Assembly: GCA_022646745.1 (NCBI GenBank)
Contig: CP060262.1
Location: 180,001 to 212,000 of the forward strand
Direction: 5' to 3'
DNA: 32,000 nt
Origin: Planctomycetales bacterium
GTDB lineage: Bacteria > 4484-113 > JAFGCY01
Shown one piece after another: positions 16,442 through 23,044 of this stretch; positions within the stretch are counted from its first letter, which is position 1, and the number at the start of each line of letters is the position of its first letter. The translations under genes and the position numbers were made by a program. A model generated the notes under the pieces. That model saw only the letters and a program-made list of their open reading frames with translations, made no database searches and was not told where the DNA came from.

Positions 16442-17917
16442 TCAGTGTCCGCAGGGGTTCTCGCCACAGGGGTTCTCACCGCAAGGGTTGTCACCACAGG
16501 GGTTCTCTCCGCACGGGTTGTCTCCACACGGATTCTCACCACAGGGGTTCTCTCCGCACGGGTTGTCTCCACACGGATTCTCACCACAGGGGTTCTCGCC
16601 ACACGGGTTTTCCGCACAGGGGTTGTCTCCACAGGGGTTGTCAGCGCAGGGGTTGGCATCCGCTTCAGCGGATCCACCCTCGGGCTCGAAGGTGTAGACC
16701 CACTTGAAGCTGCCGTCACCGGTGATCTCCAGCACGACCAGCTTCTTCTCGGCATTGTGCTGGGCGTTGATGGTCACGCTGCCGGCCGCGCCCTTGAAGT
16801 CCTTCAGGTTGGACATCGCCGTCACGAAGGCTTCCTTGTCAATGCTGCCGGCATCCTCATAGGCCTGCTTGACGGCGTAGACCGCGTCGTAAGCCAGGAT
16901 CGCCATCGCATCGGGGGTCTTGCCGCCGTTGCGCGCCTTGTAGCCCTTGACGAAGTTCTGCACCGCGGGGTCCTGGTCGTCAGCGGCGTAGTGGTTCGTG
17001 AAGTAGCTGCCGACGATGCTCTGCTGGGCGATGTCGAACAAGTCCGGGCTGTCGAAGCCGTCGCCGCCGAGCAGGGGCTGCTCGAGGCCGACTTCACGGG
17101 CCTGGTTGGCAATCAGGGCCACCTTGTCATAGTAACCGGGCACGATCAGCACGTCGAAGTCCTGGCTCTTGAAGCGGTTGAGCTTGGAGCGGAAGTCCGT
17201 CTCGGTGCTGGCGAGGAAGCTGTCCTCGCTCACGATCTCGACGCCGAGCTCCGGGGCCACGGCCTTGATGCGGTCGCGGATGCCGACGGAGTAATCACTG
17301 TCAGCATCGTAGAAGATCACGGCGCGTGAAGCGGCGATCGGGCCGTCCGGCAGCGCGGCGAAGGTGATCATGCGCTCCGCCTGGAAGTCATCGGTGAAGC
17401 AGGTACGGAAGATGTACTTGCGCACGCTGCCATCCTCATTGAGGGTCAGCGTGGTCTTGGTGCTGGCCGGGGTCACCATCGGGGTGTTGTTGTCCTCCGC
17501 CACCTTGGCGATTGCCAGCGAGTTGGAGCTGGCCACCGCGCCGATGATCACGTCCACCTTGTCCTGGCTGCAGTGCTTGGCAGCCACCTTGGCGGCCTCG
17601 TCGGTCTTGGAGGCGTTGTCATCCCAGATGGCCTCGATCTGGCGACCGAGGATACCGCCGGCTGCGTTGATCTCGTCCACCGCCATCAGCGCGCCGCTGT
17701 GGCTGGATGTGCCGAAGGACGCGATCGGGCCGGTTTCCTCGAAGTTGAAGCCGATCTTGACCGGGCCTTCCTCACCCCCGCCGCCGGCACCGCTGGTGCC
17801 GCCACCGGTGTTGCCACCGCCGGAAGTACCGCCGCCGCTGTCATCGGCGGGATTGCAGCCTGCGAGCGCTAGCAGCAGCAGGCCGAGTAACAATAGAAAT
17901 GCTGAACCCTGACGCAT
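16442..17917 (-). CDS. LivJ/Peripla_BP_6-type ABC substrate-binding lipoprotein (branched-chain/amino-acid type) with a C-terminal NPCG[E/D] repeat tail
   Basis: Lipobox LLLALAG-C and Gly-rich linker SGGGTSGGGNTGGGTSGAGGGG. Core PVKIGFNFEETGPIASFG...DEINAAGGILGRQIE...VDVIIGAV...TPMVTPASTK is typical of the LivJ family. The track start at 17926 is GTG. ATG 17917 has GAGGAG upstream and is preferred. Confidence 0.85.
   Translation of the reverse strand: MRQGSAFLLLLGLLLLALAGCNPADDSGGGTSGGGNTGGGTSGAGGGGEEGPVKIGFNFEETGPIASFGTSSHSGALMAVDEINAAGGILGRQIEAIWDDNASKTDEAAKVAAKHCSQDKVDVIIGAVASSNSLAIAKVAEDNNTPMVTPASTKTTLTLNEDGSVRKYIFRTCFTDDFQAERMITFAALPDGPIAASRAVIFYDADSDYSVGIRDRIKAVAPELGVEIVSEDSFLASTETDFRSKLNRFKSQDFDVLIVPGYYDKVALIANQAREVGLEQPLLGGDGFDSPDLFDIAQQSIVGSYFTNHYAADDQDPAVQNFVKGYKARNGGKTPDAMAILAYDAVYAVKQAYEDAGSIDKEAFVTAMSNLKDFKGAAGSVTINAQHNAEKKLVVLEITGDGSFKWVYTFEPEGGSAEADANPCADNPCGDNPCAENPCGENPCGENPCGDNPCGENPCGENPCGDNPCGENPCGDNPCGENPCGENPCGH
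16454..16663 (-). repeat. 14 tandem 15-bp in-frame units encoding N-P-C-[G/A]-[E/D]
   Basis: The plus strand reads (GGGGTTCTCNCCRCA)-like units at 16454, 16469, ... 16649. Positions 16499-16543 and 16544-16588 are identical 45-mers. All six frames are open here, which explains several spurious track ORFs. Confidence 0.95.
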
Positions 17918-18030
17918 GAACCTCACTCCTCAATCAATGTCCGTGCCACCCATTCTCACCCAGCACGGATCTTGGGGTAGAATGGCTATTCTAGCACTCC
18001 ACCCCGCCCGGGGCCCCGGGAGTGTGACCG

Positions 18031-18117
18031 GCCGGAGTGGCGGAATTGGCAGACGCAGCAGACTCAAAATCTGCCGGGGGTGACCCCGTGGGGGTTCGAG
18101 TCCCCCCTTCGGCACCA
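18031..18117 (+). tRNA. tRNA-Leu (anticodon CAA), class II with a long variable arm, CCA encoded
   Basis: GCCGGAG-TG-GCGGAATTGGCAGACGC-A-GCAGA-CTCAAAA-TCTGC-CGGGGGTGACCCCGTG-GGGGG-TTCGAGT-CCCCC-CTTCGGC-ACCA. The 7-bp acceptor stem has one G-U pair, and the T-loop TTCGAGT is present. Confidence 0.93.
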
Positions 18118-18155
18118 TCGACCCTGATCAGCAAGGCACATGAGATGATGCCTGC

Positions 18156-18584
18156 ATGCAGGACAGACCAGGCATCAGCGCAGTGCTGGAGACCATCCTC
18201 TATGTGGACGACATCGAGGCTGCGCGCGGATTCTACGAGGGATTGCTCGGGCTCAACCCGCATGGGATGCACAGCGAGCTTGGCGTCGGCTACCGGCTGG
18301 ATCGGCAGATGCTGCTGCTGTTCGTGGCGGAGCTGAGCAGCCGGCCGGGGCGGATCGTGCCCAGCCACGGCGCGAGCGGGCCAGGCCATGTGGCATTCAC
18401 GGCCAGCCCGGCGGAGATCGAGCAGTGGAAGCAATACCTGCTTTCCTGCGGCATCGGGATTGAGCAGGACCACCACTGGGACAACGGTGCGCGTTCGATC
18501 TACTTCCGCGATCCGGCAGGTAACTCGCTTGAATTCACCAGCCCGCAACTGTGGGGCCTGGAGCCGGCGGATTCGGGCGAATAG
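18156..18584 (+). CDS. VOC-family (glyoxalase/bleomycin-resistance/dioxygenase) protein
   Basis: 142 aa. ETILYVDDIEAARGFYEGLLGL ... GHVAF ... SIYFRDPAGNSLEF is the typical VOC pattern. Confidence 0.75.
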   Translation: MQDRPGISAVLETILYVDDIEAARGFYEGLLGLNPHGMHSELGVGYRLDRQMLLLFVAELSSRPGRIVPSHGASGPGHVAFTASPAEIEQWKQYLLSCGIGIEQDHHWDNGARSIYFRDPAGNSLEFTSPQLWGLEPADSGE

Positions 18585-18733
18585 CTGGCGAGCATCATCG
18601 CCAACACTGTTGCAGGCCTTATCAACGAGACCAGTTCTCATTTGTGGACAGATTTCCCCGTTTCACGGAAATAACCCGCGATATTGCCAAAAACCTATTC
18701 CAATCCTGCATGCCATCGGCATAGAATTGATTG

Positions 18734-19180
18734 ATGGGAATGATGGACACGCAAAGCCGCCGTGCCGCGCACGGCACATCCCGACTCCGCGGAAACATCC
18801 GCACACTGCAGTCCGTGTCCATTGAAGTGCGCAACCCAGACATCTCGCGCGACTTCTACATCGAGACCCTCGGCATGCTGCTGGCCAGTGACTACGACCG
18901 GCCCGGCGCACCGCTGCTGGTGCAGCCGATGGACGGCGGCGCCGGCATCCTGCTGTTCTGCCTGCAGGATGATGGCCCGTTCAGCAAGCGCCGGACCGAA
19001 TTACGCTGGACCGGCCTGAGCCTGACAACGGACGATGTTGACGCCGTGCATGACCGCCTGCTGGCGCGCAATGCACAGGTGCTGCAGGCCCCGCAGACCA
19101 AGCCCTGGGGTGTACGGGACTGCGTGTTCGCCGACCCCGATGGCAACGTGTTCAACCTCGTGCAGCTGCTGGCGGACTGA
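18734..19180 (+). CDS. VOC-family (glyoxalase-like) protein
   Basis: SVSIEVRNPDISRDFYIETLGM ... GLSLTTDDVDAVHDRLLARNAQVLQAPQTKPWGVRDCVFADPDGNVFNLVQ. The track start at 18731 is TTG. The first ATG is at 18734, and 18740 or 18743 are also possible. Confidence 0.7.
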   Translation: MGMMDTQSRRAAHGTSRLRGNIRTLQSVSIEVRNPDISRDFYIETLGMLLASDYDRPGAPLLVQPMDGGAGILLFCLQDDGPFSKRRTELRWTGLSLTTDDVDAVHDRLLARNAQVLQAPQTKPWGVRDCVFADPDGNVFNLVQLLAD

Positions 19181-19211
19181 CGCTGACCGGACAGGCTGTA
19201 TAACTTTCCCG

Positions 19212-20066
19212 ATGGAACGCAAACCCAGCCTGCTGCTGCTCGACGCCGACGGCGTGCTGTGGCGCGGGCAGAGCCCCCTGCCCCATTCCGCGGAATTCGT
19301 CAGCCGCGCGCAGGCCGCGGGGATCCGCTGCGTGCTGGTCAGCAACAATTCCACGAAGGACCGCGTGGCCTACAGCGCGCAGTGCTCGGCGATGGGCATA
19401 CCGCTAAACCGGGAGGACATCTTCAGCTCGAACTACATCGCCGGGCCCTGGTTGGCGCGCGAGCGGCCCGGCCGCAGCGTGCTGGTGCTCGGCAGCGAGC
19501 TGCTGCACCGCAGCGTGGCACAGCATGTCGAACAGTGCGTGCATGCACCGAAATGGCTGGGCCAGCGGGGACTGCTGGAGTACCGCGGAGGCAATGAGCT
19601 GTACAGGGTACTGGCCGGCCTGCGGCCGGACGTGGTACTGAGCGGGATGGACGTTGCCACCGACTACCTGAAGCATGCTCTGGCCTGCATCGCGATCCAG
19701 CAGGGGGCAGAGCTGATCGGCACCAATGACGACATCTCCTTCCCGGTGGAGGGAGGCTGGCTGCTGCCGGGCAGCGGTGCACAGCTGGCGATGTATTCCC
19801 TGGTCTGCAGGACAGAGCCGGTGGTGCTGGGAAAACCGGGACTGGCGATCCTGCAGCAGATAGAAATGGAGACGGGGATTGCGCGCAGTGAGATGCTGAT
19901 GATCGGGGACCGCCCGAACACGGATATCGCCATGGCGCAGAACGCCGGCATACCCTCCATGCTGGTATTGACCGGCGTCACTGACCGGGCCACGGCAGAG
20001 TCCCTTTCCCTGCCGGCGACCATCATTGCCGATCTCGAGGAGGCGGCTGCCATCCTCTCGATCTAG
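19212..20066 (+). CDS. HAD-IIA family hydrolase (NagD / sugar-phosphatase-like)
   Basis: The track ORF (from 19035) overlaps the preceding gene. The family-typical N-terminus MERKPSLLLLDADGVLWRG starts at ATG 19212. Also VLVSNNSTK and GDRPNTDIAMAQNAGIPSMLVLTGV. Confidence 0.8.
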   Translation: MERKPSLLLLDADGVLWRGQSPLPHSAEFVSRAQAAGIRCVLVSNNSTKDRVAYSAQCSAMGIPLNREDIFSSNYIAGPWLARERPGRSVLVLGSELLHRSVAQHVEQCVHAPKWLGQRGLLEYRGGNELYRVLAGLRPDVVLSGMDVATDYLKHALACIAIQQGAELIGTNDDISFPVEGGWLLPGSGAQLAMYSLVCRTEPVVLGKPGLAILQQIEMETGIARSEMLMIGDRPNTDIAMAQNAGIPSMLVLTGVTDRATAESLSLPATIIADLEEAAAILSI

Positions 20067-20120
20067 TGCCGCACGCGACGGCTTGCCCACGCGGGGCAGT
20101 TCAGCGGACGTGCCCGACCG

Positions 20121-20321
20121 CTACCTGGCGTGCCGACCGGATCGAAGAGAGGGGCTGAGCAGGACGAAAAGTCCGCCCAGCCCCACGAGGAAGAGGAAGG
20201 CATTTATAGATAGCTGGTTTGGTGCGGAACCGGATGACACGTACTCGCCCACTGCAAGGCAGATGTAGGCTGCGAATACGCCTCCCAGATACCGCAGGAA
20301 TCTCCTGACGTCGCTGAACAT
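20121..20321 (-). CDS. Small two-TM membrane protein, co-oriented 33 bp downstream of the XRE regulator
   Basis: 66 aa. GGGAG lies about 7 nt upstream of the ATG. Hydrophobic segments LGGVFAAYICLAVG and AFLFLVGLGGLFVLL. Confidence 0.5.
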   Translation of the reverse strand: MFSDVRRFLRYLGGVFAAYICLAVGEYVSSGSAPNQLSINAFLFLVGLGGLFVLLSPSLRSGRHAR

Positions 20322-20354
20322 CTCAACTCCCTAGCTCGACAACGCCCCGGATCC

Positions 20355-20582
20355 CTATTCCGTTTTCCTATCACCGTCGTTCCCGTCTTCCAGCTGGAAC
20401 AGCTCATCCACACTGAGTCCGAAGATGTCTGCCATCCTCATCGCCAGCGTCACCGATGGATCAGCCTTGCCACGTTCCACGGCGTGGATCGTCTGGCGGC
20501 TGACCCCGATGGCCCTTGCGAGCTGCTCCTGGGTCATATCCAGTCGCGCACGATGCATCCGGATGAAATTGACTAATTTCAT
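20355..20582 (-). CDS. XRE/Cro-CI family helix-turn-helix transcriptional regulator
   Basis: 75 aa. [56 protein letters not shown] is the canonical HTH_3 pattern. Confidence 0.85.
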   Translation of the reverse strand: MKLVNFIRMHRARLDMTQEQLARAIGVSRQTIHAVERGKADPSVTLAMRMADIFGLSVDELFQLEDGNDGDRKTE

Positions 20583-20597
20583 TGGTTCAGCACTGGC

Positions 20598-20615
20598 AGT
20601 AAAGTTAGCTTTACT
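20598..20615. promoter_or_regulatory. Candidate operator: perfect 7-bp inverted repeat AGTAAAG-ttag-CTTTACT in the XRE 5' leader
   Basis: The palindrome lies between the predicted promoter (20638-20666) and the XRE ATG (20582). Confidence 0.45.
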
Positions 20616-20637
20616 TCCTGTACCGTGCGCTGGACAG

Positions 20638-20666
20638 AATATATATGGTTTTAGTCATTGTGTCAA
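20638..20666 (-). promoter_or_regulatory. Sigma-70-type promoter for the XRE/small-membrane-protein cassette
   Basis: The minus strand reads ctaaaaagcTTGACA-caatgactaaaaccata-TATATT. This is a consensus -35, an exact 17-bp spacer and a 5/6 -10, with an A-rich stretch upstream. Confidence 0.6.
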
Positions 20667-20774
20667 GCTTTTTAGATATTTGTCTAGTAATCTTTACATT
20701 GAGTGATGGGGGATGCGGGATGGAGGAAGAGCAGAAAAGAGGACTGCTTGTGGGAATGAGGCGGGGAATGCTTA

Positions 20775-21017
20775 CACAGAGCTCAACAGAATCCCTCAGA
20801 GATCCACAGAGGAAATGCCCAGGGACAATTCCGCTGCCAAGAACCCTGCGTCCCTGCGACTCTGCGTTCCATAAATCGGGGCATGCGTCCTCGCTGTTAT
20901 CACGCGCATGAGTACGTGGCCCTGCATTGTTCAACACAGAGGCACAGAGATCACAGAGAATACGTATCCAGGGAAAAGAGCCGCCAGATCCTCTGTGGAA
21001 CTCTGAGGATCTCTGTG
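20775..21017. repeat. Cluster of CACAGAG / CTCTGTG heptamers with an 18-bp inverted repeat pair
   Basis: CACAGAG occurs at 20775, 20805, 20935, 20943 and 20952, and CTCTGTG at 20991 and 21011. CTCAGAGATCCACAGAGG (20795-20812) matches the reverse complement of 20990-21007 at 17 of 18 positions. Non-coding, lower GC. Confidence 0.8.
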
Positions 21018-21124
21018 ATTGTCACACCCGCTCATGCTTCCATGATGCAACTACGCGGATGCGGTCGTTGGCAGAGTTGTGCGGCTGGCGCCGCAGGTCC
21101 CTCGCCTTGCTTGCGCAAGGCCTC

Positions 21125-21799
21125 CTAGGCCGTGCGGCTGCCGCCGACGAGGATCGGGGTGCGGCGGCGGATGTCCGTCTCCGGGATGATCTCGTCGTCA
21201 GGGAAGATGTAGGTTGTCAGCGAAAGGAATCTGTCCAGCAGTTCGGGGTCGAAGCCGAAGGCATTCTCGGAGGAATCCATCATGCGGCGGATCCTGCCGT
21301 AGGGCATCGCCTGGCGGTACGGGCGGTTGCTTGACAACGCATCCCACACATCGGCGATCTGCAGCACCTTGACCAGCAGCGGGTAGTCCGTCAGTCCGCT
21401 GGGGTATCCCTTGCCGTCCAGCCTTTCATGGTGCATCAGCGTGATGTCGAGCAGCTCCTGCTGGCAGAGTGGGCGCAGGATGTTGTAGCCGTAGAGCGGG
21501 TGCTTGCGGATCTCGGTGAACTCCTCATCCGTCAGCGGGCCTGGCTTGTGCAGGATGCGGCTGTCAACGCCAATCTTGCCGATGTCATGCAGGGTACCGG
21601 CGTCCTGCAGGATGTCCAGCTCCCGCGTGGACAGGCCGAGCTCAAGCCCAAGCGAGACACTCAGTGTGCCGACACGCTCGCTGTGGCCCCTGGTGTAGGG
21701 GTCCGCCAGCTCGAGGGCCTCAATCAGGCTGGTGAAGATCGCCTTGAGCTGGATTGTTTCCTCTGCGTACTTCATCTGCTGAAAGTCTATCCCGCCCAT
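21125..21799 (-). CDS. Standalone HD-GYP domain protein (putative c-di-GMP phosphodiesterase)
   Basis: 224 aa. ADPYTRGHSERV, GTLHDIGKIGV, HHERLDGKGYPSGL. There is no receiver or sensor domain. Confidence 0.85.
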   Translation of the reverse strand: MGGIDFQQMKYAEETIQLKAIFTSLIEALELADPYTRGHSERVGTLSVSLGLELGLSTRELDILQDAGTLHDIGKIGVDSRILHKPGPLTDEEFTEIRKHPLYGYNILRPLCQQELLDITLMHHERLDGKGYPSGLTDYPLLVKVLQIADVWDALSSNRPYRQAMPYGRIRRMMDSSENAFGFDPELLDRFLSLTTYIFPDDEIIPETDIRRRTPILVGGSRTA

Positions 21800-21880
21800 T
21801 TGGACGGACGGGCAAGGAAAGTTGTCAGAAACCGCAGTTAAGCGTGTTTTCGTGGACCTTTGACCGGGATTTGTGGACGC

Positions 21881-23014
21881 TCAGTATGGTTCGACCCGAC
21901 CGTTGGCAACCCGGTAGACCTGGCCTGCCGCACGCTTGATCTGGCCGACCTCGCGCGCACTGGCGGAGGTGATGAACACCTGGCTGTAGCGCCCGGCCAG
22001 CTCCATCAGGCGGCCTTTGCGCCCGTCGTCCATTTCTGACAACGCGTCATCAAGCATCAGGATCGGGTCGTCCTTCATGCGCTGGCGTGACAGTTCGCAC
22101 AGCGCCAGCCGGAAGGCCAGCGCGGCACTGCGCATCTGGCCCTGGCTGCCGAAGCGCTTCAGGTCACGGCCGTCCCCCAGCCGAAACAGCATGTCATCGC
22201 GGTGCGGGCCGACGCTCGTGTAGCGCAGGCTGCTCTCCGATGCCGCGGCAGCGGCCAGCACCTCACCGTAGCTGGCTGCGATGCCCTCCGGCGGGTCCAG
22301 GGTAACCTGCGAGAAGTAGTCCAGCGTGACCTGCTCACCGGCCTCACTGGCCAGCTGGCGGTGCAACGGGCGGAACAGGCCATCCAGCACGCGGGTGATG
22401 CCGAGCCGCTCGCGGACCAGCTGTGCGCCGCTCTGCACCATCTGCTCGCTGAATGCGGTGAAGCTCTGCTGCAGCTCGCGGTTGTCACGGGTCACACCGG
22501 GCTGCGGGTGGATCATCTTCAGCAGCTTGTTACGCTGCTCACGTGCCCGGCGGAAGTGGTTCATCACCTTGGTGAGCTGTGGCTTGAGGCGCAGCAGCTC
22601 AAGGTCCAGCACCTCGCGCCGCAGGGCCGGGTCGCCGGTGACGATGCCGAGGTCGCCGGGAAAGAAGAACTGGCTGTGCAGCTTGCCGATGTAGTCCTGG
22701 AACTTCTGCACGTCATCGCCGTTGAAACGCACAAAGCGCTTGCCGTCCTTCAGCACGAGGCGCACTTCGAAGTCGTGGCTCTGTTCATCGGAGAAGCGTG
22801 CGTCGATCACGGCATACGGCGCGCCGAATCGAACGATTTCCTTATCACGGCTCGTGCGGAAGGACTTCAGGTAGGAGAGGTAGTGGATCGCCTCCAGCAG
22901 GTTGCTCTTGCCGGCGCCGTTCTCCCCCGTGAGCACGATCACCCCACGCGGGAATTCAAGCTCGAGTATCCGGTAGTTGCGGTAGTCCCGCAGGGTGAGG
23001 GCGGCAAGATGCAC
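21881..23014 (-). CDS. recF: DNA replication and repair protein RecF
   Basis: 377 aa with a GTG start. LTLRDYRNY, Walker A GENGAGKSNLLEAI, signature FGSQGQMRSAALAFRLA, Walker B ILMLDDALSEMD. Confidence 0.9.
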   Translation of the reverse strand: MHLAALTLRDYRNYRILELEFPRGVIVLTGENGAGKSNLLEAIHYLSYLKSFRTSRDKEIVRFGAPYAVIDARFSDEQSHDFEVRLVLKDGKRFVRFNGDDVQKFQDYIGKLHSQFFFPGDLGIVTGDPALRREVLDLELLRLKPQLTKVMNHFRRAREQRNKLLKMIHPQPGVTRDNRELQQSFTAFSEQMVQSGAQLVRERLGITRVLDGLFRPLHRQLASEAGEQVTLDYFSQVTLDPPEGIAASYGEVLAAAAASESSLRYTSVGPHRDDMLFRLGDGRDLKRFGSQGQMRSAALAFRLALCELSRQRMKDDPILMLDDALSEMDDGRKGRLMELAGRYSQVFITSASAREVGQIKRAAGQVYRVANGRVEPY

Positions 23015-23044
23015 AGCCGCATTATAGCCGTGCCCGGCGCGGGA

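Noticed and set aside
16454-16663. The regular 15-bp repeat array as a possible CRISPR array or non-coding satellite
   Set aside because: The units are contiguous with no spacers and only 15 bp long. They are in frame with, and form the end of, a well-supported CDS. Variation is concentrated at synonymous or conservative positions, and there are no cas genes. It is a coding tandem repeat.
17930-18641. Minus-strand ORFs 17930..18118 and 17991..18641
   Set aside because: They overlap the tRNA-Leu gene and run antisense to the first VOC gene. No motifs are present.
19035-19211. Upstream extension of the HAD hydrolase ORF (343-aa version)
   Set aside because: The extension overlaps the 3' end of the second VOC gene in another frame. 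The HAD motif I (LLLLDADGVLW) sits right after ATG 19212, giving a family-typical length of about 284 aa.
18031-20066. tRNA-Leu followed by VOC-VOC-HAD genes as a possible tRNA-integrated genomic island
   Set aside because: No integrase, recombinase or mobility gene is present. I found no direct repeat of the tRNA 3' end downstream, and the three genes have host-like GC. The lower-GC patch begins only after 20100.
21104-21121. Hairpin GCCTTGC-ttgc-GCAAGGC just after the HD-GYP stop as a terminator
   Set aside because: The stem is only 7 bp with a 4-nt loop and no U-tract on the minus strand. It may still pause transcription, but it is too weak to annotate.
20611-21334. Track ORFs in the repeat-rich gap (20611..20937 minus, 20645..20911 plus, 20883..21128 plus, 20927..21334 plus)
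   Set aside because: They overlap each other in different frames and are driven by the CACAGAG repeats (peptides such as TQRHRDHRE). They lack ribosome-binding sites and motifs, and one runs antisense into the HD-GYP gene.
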